DNA of 64,000 nt, taken from Callorhinchus milii. Taxonomy: Eukaryota. Position numbers and translations under genes: made by a program. The stretch covers positions 19,718,001 through 19,782,000 of the forward strand of contig NW_024704743.1 in NCBI RefSeq assembly GCF_018977255.1. Reading direction: 5' to 3'. Position 1 is the stretch's first letter. The number at the start of each line of letters is the position of its first letter. The notes under the pieces were generated by a model. That model was not told the DNA's origin. It worked only from the letters and a program-made list of their open reading frames with translations, and ran no database searches. This document shows positions 38,585-51,496 of the stretch, piece by piece.

Positions 38585-39090
38585 ATCATCTGCTTTACAT
38601 TTGATATAACTACTTTCACATTCGAAGGATGTCTCTATGTGCTTCAGATGATTTTTCGTAAATCTAGTAACTATATTTTCTAGATGAACGAGGCAAGTGT
38701 AACAAGGCACAAACAGTCATGAAGTGAATGACTAATTTTATCAAGGGGATTGTTGGCCAGAACATCAGGAGAAACTTGCTTCTTAAATCAAATAGTGTCA
38801 TGGGATCTTCATATCCCTCTGAATAGGCAGACAGGACTTTGGTTTAATATTTTATCTGAAGAACTGCACCTCTGATAATTCAACATACTCCCAGTACCAC
38901 ACTGGAGTGTCAGCCTAGCTAGACCAGGATGGCCAACTTGTGACTATTTTACAATGACTATTGAAGCCCGTGGGTCACAAGTTGACCATCCGTGGCCTAC
39001 ACTATGGGATCAAAGTCCCATTGTGGGGTTTGAACCCACATCTTCCAATTCAGAGGTGAGAATGACACCAACAGAGCCAGGCTATCACTA
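38585..39090 (-). mobile_element. Deu-domain SINE carrying a 70-bp hAT MITE
   Basis: Minus-strand head, Deu core and tail are all recognisable. Confidence 0.75.
38925..38994. mobile_element. Tiny hAT (Charlie-like) MITE
   Basis: TIRs CAGGATGGCCAACTTGTGAC and GTCACAAGTTGACCATCCGTG, flanked by agctagac and gcctacac (degenerate 8-bp TSD of a CTAG-containing site). Confidence 0.75.
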
Positions 39091-42000
39091 AATGGGACTG
39101 GCACAAAAATAAGTATATCCCAAATAGTAACATTCTTAATAATGTAGAGAAACTGAGAGATTTAAAAAATGCAGATATATAGATCTTTAAAGATCAGCAT
39201 GCATGTTAAAAAAAGGGCCATAGAAAAGGACATCATTGCAAAGAGTATAGTGCAGCGTAATATGGATGGTAAGGCATTAATGTTATGGCAATAGGCTTAT
39301 TTTTTTTTAGAACAGAGAAGCTGAAAAGCAGACCTAATAAAGGGTGTTCAAAATTCTGAAAGGGACAGATTTGACAGTGAATCAGCAAAAAGAGGATATA
39401 AAACTCACGATTGTCTGAAAATATTTAAGAGTGAGATTAGTACAAACATTTTCATGCAGAGTGTTATAAAAACATGGGGTGCTTTAGCACAAATGGGGGC
39501 TGAAGCAGAGACCATAATCAAATCAATAACAGAATGGGAATGGAACAATTGAAATCAACAGCAATTTATATTTATATAGTGCCCTTTACTTAGAGTAAAG
39601 TAACAAACGAAAATGTGCCAATTCATAACAAAAAGTAATAACTGGCCAGAAAGGTATTTTCTATTAAACTATGAGTCTGAGATCAAAATAAATCTGTCTT
39701 GAAACAGCATCAGTAAATTTACTCAAAAAGTAACATAATAAAAGAGAACAGGAAAAAAACAGGAATTGGAGCAGTTAGTGCTGGTGGATGAACTGGTGTG
39801 TGGAATGACTTCCTCCTGTGCTGTGATTTCTATTATTCTGTGATATGATAATCTAGTTTATCTCCAGTGCTTTAACAAATCTTCCAAATATGACAAGTGT
39901 TCTGCACAAATGTGATTAGGAATCAAGGTATCCAACCCACACGACTAGAATCAAGATCATGTCCTCAGGGAAGACCATAACCTAAGATTACAAAATGTTG
40001 AAACTCAGAAGTTAATTATCTAGGTATCTAAAATACATTGCATTACTTTGGGGAGATGTTATTAGTTCAATCACCCAGATATTAAAACTTTTTTCCTTGT
40101 TAGAATGCTGGGTTAGATCAACATGATTAGGATTCATCTTCTCCCACGTCTGTGATATCCGTTAGTAACCACACACTTTAGAAAACATGTAGGTTTACAT
40201 TCAGAGAATTGTCAACACACAAAGGGGCTATTCGGTTCAACATGAATACGTCTTAGGTCCCTATTGGATTCAGAATTCTGCCACTCGTATCCTCACCCAC
40301 ATCAAACTCCGCACCCTCATCATTCCAGTCCTTGCCAGGTTCGATTGTCTTCCTGTTGCAGAATCGATCGATTTCATTTCATTGGGCTATTGTACACTGT
40401 GATAACTAAAAATTTATATACAATAGAAAAAATCATCAATTCATATTTTAAGATTAAGTAGTTAATCATTTTATATAGTTAATCGCATGTAATAATATAA
40501 TTTAGTCCCGTATGTACAATTTACCAGTATAATATTTAATCCCAAGCACCCTCAGTGGTTACAAAGAGACCAGAGCATATAACAATTTGTGGAATGGCAT
40601 CCTTTACTTACACGAAAATGCTTTGACCTGTTATAAAAAGAAGAGGGATCAAAATATCCAAATATTTCGATCAATTTATCTTTGTTTTACATATTCCTAA
40701 ACCTTTTATTCCATTTATAAGTGATGCTATTATCGAAATATAATACCAATATTATCAAAGCATTTGAAGATTCAAAGGTTGTTATGAATTATAACAATGA
40801 AACATCTACATTCATCAAATTCTGATGTGTTGTACTTCTTTTAAATTCTTTACATTTAAGAGAACTTCGGAAAAAATTGCAGACAAATGGATCAGAAGAA
40901 ATCTGTTTCATGAACTTTTAATAAAAGAAAATATATATAAAATCAAAGAGTTTAGCTTCTCTTTGCTTTTATACAAACTCATTTAGTTTATGTAGCCCAA
41001 AGGCTCAATGAGTTTATTCAATAACCACCCACAGCCAAATAAAGTTGTAGGTCCGTGCCAGTTTTCTGATCTCAGCCAGGGCAACAGTGGTAGTGCTATA
41101 AATGGCATCAGCTTCCCAGGTTAGAGAAGAGGTTCCCTCTGCTGGACTTTGGACATGTGTGGACATTTTTGAGATTAGCAAGGTTTCCTTGGATCTGAAT
41201 GGGCTCCAAGATAATATACTTTGCAACAGAAGGTCGGAATAGAACCCTCCCTCTGTGTTGGTCTTGGTATCCAGTTCTGAGCCAGGTGGGTCCTCAGTAC
41301 TCTAGGACACTGCTGATGGCAGCACAGCCTGACTCAGAAGTAGGATTTGGAGGCATAAAAATGTTTTTCCTATGCATATCCTACTCTGCATGATCCAGCC
41401 ATCTGCAACTCATTTTACAGTACTTGTAATTTAAATGTTGAATTTTCCAAATCATGTTGCCACATCAATAAACCATTCCTCAGCCTTCATTTCTTCAAAA
41501 CAATTTCAATGCAAGTAACTGTTTATTTAACTTGTTTTTTTATTTCATGCATATTTACATTGAATTGCATTTTCTAGCTCATGTGCTTAAACCTACAGAC
41601 ATAACTCCAGGGATGAGGTTTGATACTTCTATTTTATTTTTTCAATTTCCTCAGCTATGCTTTTGTGTTTGAAAACTTGGACGTGCCTGGTGAAATTAGA
41701 TTTCATAATTTTCACTCTGCTGAACTCCTGCACTTGCAGGAAGCCAAGAAATAGTTTGACTTCAAACTTTTTAATTAAATTGTTTAATTCAAATGAGACT
41801 TGGAAAACAATGGATGATGGAGTTTGTTTTTTCAAGATTTGTATTTAAACTCTTTTTGACATGAAAGCATTCCCCAGTGTTTCTAATATTCAATGCAAGG
41901 ATTATTGTATTATTATTATTATTATCTCAGTCCAACTTTTCTCCAGCGATACTGGTCTGATTTTAGTTGAAGTGATAATCATATCACATTTTTCAACCAT

Positions 42001-43432
42001 GATGTGTCTTTCCAAAGTTCCACAGAAGACCTATTTTTNAAAGAGTTAAAAATAATGAGCTTACTAATGTTCGACTAGACTTTAGAAATCCTTGTAGACT
42101 AATGGAAGCTAATGGAAAAATGACAGCTCGGAATGTATATACAATATTAAACAGCTATTTATAGTCAGCCATTTTGAATCCGCAGTTAGATAATGATCTT
42201 TTTCAACATTTCCTGCATTTTACCCTCTGCCACCACTCACACATGAATGTATTATAAACTTTATCATAAAAAATCAGTCACATAAGTAAAAGATATAAAT
42301 ATGTGAAATTATTCAAAATGTTAACTAAGCTTTGTGTCAGGATTCACCACACTTAGTGATATTGAAAAGTCTTCAATGTTTTCAATGAAGCACAGTGCAA
42401 TGTCAATCTGACTGACTTAACAAAAGACCTTGAAATACAATACAATTTACATTTATAAAGCACCTTTCATGTCATCTCAAAGAACTTCATAGTGCTGGAT
42501 GAGCAACTGAACTGGGGTGGGAACTGAAGAGTTGGTGGGGAGAGGAAAGATGACATTCATTGTTTTGGGGAATGAAAATATTCTTGTTTTGATCATTAAA
42601 ATGCTCCATTAGATCGGTTATACCCAAATTCCACATAGTCCAAACTTGTAAGAGCAGTTTGTCTTCAAATTTGAAAACTGAATTATAGAATTTAAGAACT
42701 ATGAAAAACAGCTTCCAAATTGAGACTGTATTTAAAACTTCTCCACAATTCTACGTGATCTCAAATTTGAAGGAAAAATGGTCTGAGAAGCTAAAGCTAG
42801 GTGAAATGTTAGGTGTACCACTGTCAGATAAAACAGCATTATTCAGTGCTCAGCTGCTTAGCTATAGGCTGTGCTTAGTATGTATTAAACGTAAACATTA
42901 TTTACACTTTCAAAAAATGTTCTATTTTGCTTCCAAGCTGCAAGACAGATTTTGTAACTGCAAGTGGACGGTTCGTGCATTTTGAGCTTTTAAAAAAGTA
43001 AAGCCTGTCACACACTTTCAATTAACATTATTACAAAATGCAAACAACTTTGAAGCATTGCAGATTGTATTTGACAGGGAGTGTGAAAGGCAAGTGACAG
43101 GCTCAATCCTCACTCCAGTAATTAACAATGCGGCTTTGTCCAATATTAATAAATCAGTCTGCGGCAGTGACATGTGAAGAAATAACCGCAGCCTTAAAAC
43201 TAATTTGCATGACATCTCTTTTCACCAGAAGAACACTCACCAAATCAGGATTATTTTTGTTCCCTGCTGTAAAAAGAGGCAAATATGCAATTAGCCGTCT
43301 CATTTCGCCCACAAAATATACATTCAATTCACTTTACAGTATATTCTGTGAAGCGTTTTGGGACTGCTCAACGACATGACAAGGTGCTGCATCAAATGCA
43401 AGAATTATTATTATTAGCAACAGCAACAGCTT

Positions 43433-43763
43433 GTGTGGAGTCCTGCAGCTCAGTGGTTAGAGCACTCGCTTTGCAAGCGAGAGACCTGAGTTCAATTCCA
43501 GGCAGGTCACGGCGAAACCTTGGGCAAGTTTCCTTACTCCACACACAGCCTAATAATAATCCCTCCAAAACCAAAAACAATAATACAATTGGTCATTTTC
43601 AATCTACGACTGTTTGTGGGACATTGCTGTGCGCAATTGGCTGCCGTGTTCGCCCACAAATATACAGTCAATTCACTTTACAGTGTGTTCTGTGAAGCGC
43701 TTTGGTACGTCCTCCTGACGTGAAAATCACTATATCAAATGCAAGGATTATTATTATTGTTAT
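43433..43763 (+). mobile_element. Young tRNA-derived SINE, internally deleted subfamily
   Basis: Intact A and B boxes with a TGC anticodon-like loop (gctttgcaagc). Near-identical to 58698-59024. Confidence 0.92.
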
Positions 43764-45464
43764 TCACACAGGGTAGCATCCCAGAGCGCTTGACCATGGA
43801 GCATGACGCCAAGCCAGGGGGAGGTGGTTGTGACCACAGGCACGGTCGAATAGGAAGATCTTCAGGCGCGTCCTGAAGATGGGGAAGGAAGGGGCAAGGC
43901 AGAGGGATAGAAGATGAGTTTTGGGGTTTAGTGGCTGAAAGACCTAATCCAATAGGTTTTAGATTAAAAAAATGATCTTAGACATATAATCTTCTGAAAC
44001 ACAAGGAAGCATCATACACTTGAGCATGCCTCACCCAAACAGAGTTGAGTTTTATGGTCACCTTGTATAGAGTTTTATTAAATAAAACTAACCACAGTTT
44101 GCAAGCATGCAGCATTGGAAGGGAAATATATTTAAATGGCTCTTGGGAATTTACTGTTGTATTTTTGTAGCAAAAATTCACTTAGAAGCTGTGTCGAGAG
44201 TTACTTTGCAATTTATATTTTGCATTTTAACTCGCTCTGCAAAAAACCAATTTAGTCACCTTGAAGATAGATAGTTCAGCCAACAGCACCTATTATTGTG
44301 CTGGAGCTGACAAGAATTACCAATTGATCTTAATTCACCACAAGAATATTGAGGATCTGACACAACACTTCTTAATGCTGGTTCATTTAGTTACATCCTC
44401 TGACATACTATGACAGTAGAGCTGTGAGTTTAAGTGACAAATGTACGATAAAAGGCAAACCTTTTGCCTTTTATCGCACATTACAAACAGGTCATGTTTG
44501 CCCAACTATATAACAACAACAGCAACAAATTACAGTTGGAAAGACGTCCCAGGGTGCTGAATTCTAGAATTCTTTGAGAAAATAGCAGCAGTAACTTGCA
44601 CTCATATAGCAGTCTTCACACAGGATAGTGTTTCAGAGCGCTATCAAAGAAGACACATAAAGGAAATGTAGTCTGTTAGGGTTTGGATGGATTTTCATAA
44701 AGCATTTGATGTGATATACTTAAGAGGTTTATGGCACAATTCAGGAGATATTGCCATTCATTAGTGTCATCTCATCACCTTCAATTCCCCCTGTATTAAT
44801 CTCTCCTAATTTGTAGAGTTTAAATATTTGACATTAAATTTTGTATCACAGTCAATTTGTTTTCTATTGTTTTTAATCATCCTATTTGTCATTTAGCAAA
44901 AGCATCGTTTGTCAAGCCCATGAAATTCGATTGCCTTAAAGGTGGTGCTTGCCTTAAATCCTTAGGATCAAGACACCCCTAAGTTTGCCAGTGGGTTTGT
45001 TCCCAAATCAAACAGTGTGTCGACATTCAGTGTTTGGCTTCACCAATAAAGAAAGAAAAGTTGGGTGAGACAGCAGAGGGTTGTGCCACCTGTGGAAATG
45101 TATCCCAACAAGAACCTTTGGGAAGAGGAATAGGAGGAAATTGAAAAGGAAAAACAATTGATGGAGATAAGTGATACCACCACTGGGTTTCCTCATATGT
45201 CAGACATCCAGCTGACCAAAAAAATGTAGTCATAGTAACAAATACATAGTAATAATAATGTATTAAGAATCCCTGAATTTGATATTCGTGCTTTTCACAC
45301 GGTGGGGGAAGAGATTGAGATTCTCAAAGACCTCACATGTAGTGAGACTCTGTATTTTGTCGGTCAATGCAGTAACAAATTTTATGCACAGCAACGTCCT
45401 ATAAACAGCCGTGAAATGAAACAGTAGGAGCAGTTTCAGTCATCAGAGCTTCATGCAGCCCACC

Positions 45465-46983
45465 CACCCCATTAAAAACTGCTGTCATCACACCTATCCT
45501 TAAAAAATCCTCCCTTGACCCTTCTCTCCTCCCTACCTACCGCCCCATCTCCAACCTCCATTTCCTCTTCAAGGTCCTGGAACGATTTGTTACTTCTCAG
45601 CTTCACTCCTTCCTCTCCCGCCACTCCTTTCACAAAACCCTCCAATCAGATTTCCGTGCTGCACATAGCACAGAAACAGCTCCGGTCAAAGTGACAAATG
45701 ACATTCTGTCCATCTGCAACCAGAGCTCCTTCTGCCTCCTCATCCTCCTTGACCTCTCTGCTGCCTTCAACACCGTTGACCACTTTATCTTCAACCACCA
45801 CCTCTCCTCTCACCTCAACCTCTATGGCTCTGTCCTTGAATGGTTCAGACCGTACCCCTCACACCACCTGCACTTCATCTCCACAAATGTTTTTTCTTCT
45901 AGACCTCAAACCGTCTCATGCGGCATTCCTGAGGGCCCTGTCCTAGGTCGCATCCCCTTCAATATCTATATGCTATATGGTGACATCATCTGCAGACATG
46001 GGGTCAATTTCCACATGTATGCGGATGACACCCAACTGTGCCTCTCTGCCTCCACCCCTGACTCCAGGACCACTGCTGTCCTGACAGAATGTCGGTCAGA
46101 CATCAAGTCCTGGATGAGAGCTAACTTTCTACAGTTGAATGTCAACAAGACCAAGGCTCTCCTGATTGGCTCCCGTCAGCGCCTCCTCACCTCAGGCACT
46201 GACAGCATCACCATTCATGGTTGCACACTCCACCTTGCAAAGCCAGTCCAGAACCTTGGGGTCTTGTTTGACCCTCAACTATCCTTTCTACCCCACACCT
46301 GCGCCATGACACACTCTGCCTTCCCCTACCTCCACAACGTCACCCGACTCCACCACTGTCTCACACCACAGGCCGCCGAAAACCTTATACATGCTTTCAT
46401 TACATCGAGGCTCGACTATGCAAACTTTTTGCTTGTCGTCCTCCCAAACTCCTCCCTCCACAAGCTGCAGATCATCCAGAATCTGCAGCCTGTGTCCTCT
46501 CCCGCACGCGACCCTATCACCCCCATGCTTTCCCTACTCCACTTCCCATCACACAGAGGATACAGTTCAAGATCCTGGTCCTCACCTTCAAAGCCCTCCA
46601 TGGTCTTGCTCCTCCCTATCTCTGCGATCTTCTAGCCCCTTACCATCCTGTTCGCTCCATCCGCTCAGCAGGCTCCAGCCTGCTTCACGTCCCCCACCTC
46701 GCTTGCCTCACCATTGGCGGGTGGGCCTTTCACCACTCGACCCCCATCCTCTGGAAGTCCATCCCTCAATCCCTCCGCTTCTCCCCCTCCCTTGCCACTT
46801 TCAAGACCCATCTCAAGACCCTCCTCTTCGACCATGCTTTCGATCTCCCTGCTTCTCCCCCTACCCTCCACCCTCCCCCACCCCAACCCCCAGCTCGGGT
46901 CCGTAACTCAGTCTGTCCAGCACCTTAGGACGTCCTCCCGACGTGAAAGGCGTTTTACAAATGTAATTTTGTTGTTGTTGTTG
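45465..46983 (+). mobile_element. L2 LINE, about 1.5 kb, RT domain and C-terminus (ORF 45691-46635, frameshifted at its 3' end)
   Basis: YRPISNL, LDLSAAFNTVDH, GIPEGPVLG, FHMYADDTQL, NFLQLNVNKT, SRLDYAN. Tail ggacgtcctcccgacgtgaaaggcg...(TTG)n. Confidence 0.97.
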
Positions 46984-48493
46984 ACTCAAAAACGCGATAA
47001 GGCGCGATATCAAATGCAAGGATTATTGTTATTACATGGACAATCCACTGTTTGTTGCTATCCCCATTGCTAGACTGAGTCGCCAGGAAGAATAATTACT
47101 GAATTTGTGCATTCAATTTTTTAAATGTCACAGGTACCAGTTTTAGTGTCAACAATAAGATATTTTAGGAGATATTTATGTGCAGCAAGTTACTAGCATA
47201 CATGAGTGGAACTGGTTCTTATCCTGTCTGTTGCCTTTCATGCTGTCATGTTACTTGGCCAGAATGCTAAAATATTGAAATGTCACCATTAATGGGTAAT
47301 AACCGATGATTGGAAAGGTCACACACACCATTCAGCATGGAAAAGCAACCATTGAATGCAATTGTCCTACAAATGAGTCATTAAACTGAGGTCCCATCTG
47401 CCTGTGCAGGTGGACATTAAAGATCTCATGGCATAATATGGAAAGAGAAGGGAGTCTCTCCCGGTGTTCTAGCCAGCAATCCCCCCAAACAAAAAAAAAA
47501 GGCATTCATTTCATAGCTTGTCTATGAGACTTTGTTGTGTGCAAATTGCCAGACGTGTTTGCTGACAAAATACAGTCTCTACACTCTGAAGCTCTTTGAG
47601 ACAACCTCCAGACATCAAATGCAAGGATTCTTTTTATAACTGGCCCTCTCAACAGATTCCCATTCAGATTCCACTCAGGTTCAGAGTGCTTGAGTGAGTT
47701 ACGCTCACACTGAAATGAATGATTTGCATGTAGTTCAGCACGTGTATGCTTTGAGTTTAATGAATGTTTATATTAAACATTTAAAAATAGGAATGGGGAC
47801 TAGACCGAAGAGAAACAAACATTGTGGTTCTGTCTAATCCCTAAATTCAATTATTTTTATCTCTCGACATTTATATCTATCAATCGCTTTTTTCACCAAA
47901 TATGTATCGAGTTCCCTCTTGAATTTGCCAATGTCTGTTGCTGCAGGCAGTCTGCTCCACATTCTCACCACACCCTGTGTAAAACCTATTTACATCAAAA
48001 CTATCTGCTCACTTTCCCTTTTCTGCTGAGCTTGAATGTATATCCTGTTTCAATTTCTGGCATGTCAGACCATATTTGGGTTGATTTTATCTAGACAAAT
48101 CCAATAAGATCTCCCGAGAGGCTTTTTCTTTCCAGTATAAACAATCATAGTTTCCATAAGAAGTACCCCCAGGGCTAGGTATGACAGTGTTTCACTGGGG
48201 TCAGCATTGCCTTTTATTGTGAAATATTTTACAATTTTTTATTTGTGCTGCACGAGGTGCCCATCATCCAATAAGGATATCAAACAAATAGATCTTGTTC
48301 AGTGCCACGTATTTTCCTTTATCAACATGTGTTCCTACTTTTTTATATCCAATGTAATATTGTTTGGAAGGATTTCACTGTCATTTTTTTCTTGTGTAAA
48401 ACAGTGTTTTGCTTTTTTTAGTTGTATTGCACAGGTTTTTATTAGATTGCTGATGTTATTCAATTCCAAAGCTTTGGGTTTGGGTCATTTATA

Positions 48494-49235
48494 TGTGGAG
48501 TCCTGCAGCATATTGGTTAGAGTGCTCACCCTCTTAAGCAATAGGACCCGGGTTTGATTCCCAGGCAGGGCAAAACCTTAGGCAAATCTCTTTTTCCACT
48601 CCCCTCAGTTTACTTAGCAGTAAGTAGAAATCTGGTTGTTAGTCGATTGGTGGATCGCTTTCCATGGATAATAGTGTTTAGTGTTTAAATCCCTCCATAC
48701 CTTAGCACCGCCCCTATCTCTCTAACCTCTCTCTCCCCACAGCAGTACCCTCTGCCTCTGCTCCACTGGGTCCAGCCTCCACCGTGTCCCTCCACAATCG
48801 GCGGCCGTGCCTTCTACGCCCTGAAACTTTGGAACTCCCTCCCTCAACCCTTCACCTCATCCCCTACTTCACCATCTTCATGTCGCGCCTGAAGATCTTT
48901 CTCTTTGACCGCGCCTACGGTCACCTTCCCCCTCCCCCTGGCTCAACCTCGGGCTCTGCAATTGTTAAGCGCTGTGAGACCCCACCCTGCGTGGAGGGCA
49001 CTATATAAATGCAAGTTGTTGTAATAATCATTTCAAAAATAAACAAATAAATAAATAATTTGGTCATTCAATCCGCAATTGTTTGTGAGATCCTGCTGTT
49101 TGGAATTGGCTGCTGCGTTTCGCCCACAAAATATACAATCAATTCACTTTACAGTATATTCTGTGAAGCGCTTTGAGATGTCTCAATAATGTGATAAGCC
49201 GTTACATCAAATGCAAGCATTATCATTATTTATTA
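48494..49235 (+). mobile_element. tRNA-derived SINE interrupted by an L2 3' fragment (about 48685-49022)
   Basis: SINE head and body end at ggataataatag, the L2 follows, and the SINE resumes at taataatcatttcaaaaa. Confidence 0.85.
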
Positions 49236-49364
49236 TTTATTCGAGGGGCCCCTGCAAGCTTTCTGGTTGCATAGTCTTGGCTTATTTTCTATTCTGAATG
49301 TTTATATGTTTTTCAATAACTATCAGTCCTTTTTTTCTATTTTCTGCTGTGTGTATTCATCAGA

Positions 49365-49775
49365 TGTCAGCCTAGCTCATTTAGCAGCACTCTGAGTCAG
49401 AAGGTTTGTGGGTTCAAGCCCCACGTTGGTACTGTGAACCCATATAGTATGGGCTGTTGCTCCAATACAGTGCTGGGGGTGTGCGGCATTGTTAGAGGTC
49501 CCATCCTTTGCCAGTTCAGGTGAACATTAAAGAGATCGCATGGCAGTACTCAAAAAGGGACGAGAGTTCCTCCCAGTGTCCTGCCCAACAATCCCCCAAA
49601 TAAAATTACTCATTTACTTCATGGGTATTTCGAAGGCATTGCTGTCAGTAAAATGGCTGCTGCGTTCACCAACAAATACACAGTCACTACACTTTACAAT
49701 AAATCCTGTGAAGCAATTTCAGACGTCTTCCCTAGGAGAAAGGTGCTATATCAAATATAAGAATTGTTATCATTA
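49365..49775 (+). mobile_element. Deu-domain SINE
   Basis: Head gtcagcctagctc...gtgggttcaagcccc, core caggtgaacattaaagagatcgcatggcagtactc, and tail. Confidence 0.8.
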
Positions 49776-50736
49776 TATCTGTTTTGAGAGCTCTTCTATT
49801 GCATAGGCGTCTGGAGTATTGAGTGTGGTCAGAGATAATAGTTTGATTTAAGGACAGACATACTTTTTTAGGGTGCTCATTGTTAATGTATAAAAGCTAT
49901 GGTATTTCAACACACCAAGCAGTAAAATAAATCCCGATAACCCTTGTGTGTGCTGCAATATCGTTCTTACCACAGTAACATAGTAGTTAAGCAGGAGCTT
50001 ATTGTTTGTCACAGTGTGTGTGGCACCCCACTGATGAAAGAACAAGAAACTGAACACAGAGAAGAAATCACTGTTTCTAGACAACACAAAGAATAACACA
50101 CTCCGAGAAGGGTTTTGCACAGCAGGAGAGCCATCAGACGTTTAGAGCACAAAAATTGATCATTCGGCCCTTTGTGTCTGTGCTGGTCCCAGCTCAATCA
50201 GACTCAGGCTGGCTTCCCATGAAAGGCACTGAGATGTGAACAGTAACATTAATAGTGGCAGAAAGTTTCAGAACAAGCCATTGTGCTGAACGCAGTGGTA
50301 GTGTTCTGGAGGGGGAGAGAAGAGAAGTGGAGGGATAGGTTCAAATCTGAAGCTGATGAATGATTAACAACTGGTTTGCTCTCTGTTTTTGGTAATGTAA
50401 TTATTATTGCCCAGATTAATTGTCACATCACAACTCATATTTTTCCCGAATGGTTCCCTTCAATATTTGCGACTATACGCAGTTCAAGTGGTGCGCACAG
50501 AACGTCTGCTAGATTCCCAGAATGATCAAAATTTAGTCTGTCTAAGAAATATGGATCTAAGACATTCTGAGATAAAATTTACTAAATTAAAATATTCTTA
50601 AAAAAATTATATAATAAATACAAATTTACGTATGGTGATGTTATATTTTGGAGGTGAATGTAGCAGCCAATTTGCATGGAGTAAATGTCCCACAGATGAC
50701 TATGAAGCGAATGACCAGTTTTACCTGGTTAGTGGC

Positions 50737-51010
50737 TTGTTTCTCCAAGGTCCTAGTCGCAACATTTTGAGACCCTGAGGTGACAACTATTTTAATCTGT
50801 ATATTTTGGGTCCTTACGTCGAGATTCAGGTTAGGTTTTTATCTTGCTTAATATTTGATTTAATGGGGTTAATTTGCCTTAGGAGGGCAGAAACCCTGCT
50901 CTCCTAGGATTTTTTTTAGGATATTTAGCAACTGGGTAGGCTGTGCCCAAAACCTTCAGGCTAATTGCTGAAAGCTCAAAATCTCAGCAATAGGACTTTG
51001 AAGCAAACAA
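50737..51010. mobile_element. Palindromic MITE-like element, about 274 bp
   Basis: Imperfect inverted termini of about 37 bp: ttgtttctccaaggtcctagtcgcaacattttgag versus the reverse complement ttgtttgcttcaaagtcctattgctgagattttgag. Confidence 0.6.
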
Positions 51011-51054
51011 ACTATTTACCCAGAAAGGGGTGCAACCAGCTGGTCCCTAAAAGG

Positions 51055-51462
51055 TGCTAGCATTGCTCAGTTAGTAGCACTCTTTGCCTCTGGGTCAGAA
51101 GGCTGTGGGTTTAAGCCCCACATTGGGAATTTGAGGTCACTGTCCAGGCTGACACTTCAATCAGTGATAGGAGAGCGTTGTATTAACTGGAGGTGGTAGT
51201 CTTCAGATAAGATGTTAAACCAAGGTCTTGTTTGCCTGTTCAGGTGATTCCCATACCAACCATCCCATTCAAGAAGAGAAGGGGTTTTCTCCAAGTATCC
51301 TGGCCAACAACCCCCTACAAAAAGTTGGTCATTTAATTCATGGCTGTGGAACATTGTTGTGTGGGATATTTTCTATCATGTTTGCTTACAAAAAAAGTTA
51401 CTGCACTTTACAGTAAAATCATGTGAAGCATTTTAAGAAATCTCAACAACATGATAAGCCAC

Positions 51463-51495
<33 letters not shown>
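51055..51495 (+). mobile_element. Deu-domain SINE with expanded (AAT)n tail
   Basis: Head gctcagttagtagcactc...gtgggtttaagcccc; core gatgttaaaccaaggtcttgtttgcctgttcaggtg. Confidence 0.8.

Positions 51496-51496
<1 letters not shown>

Noticed and set aside
45691..46635. 314-aa ORF as a host gene or active reverse transcriptase
   Set aside because: It is a 5'-truncated, frameshifted L2 ORF2 fragment with no endonuclease domain. The same applies to 57040-57981 and 9442-10937.
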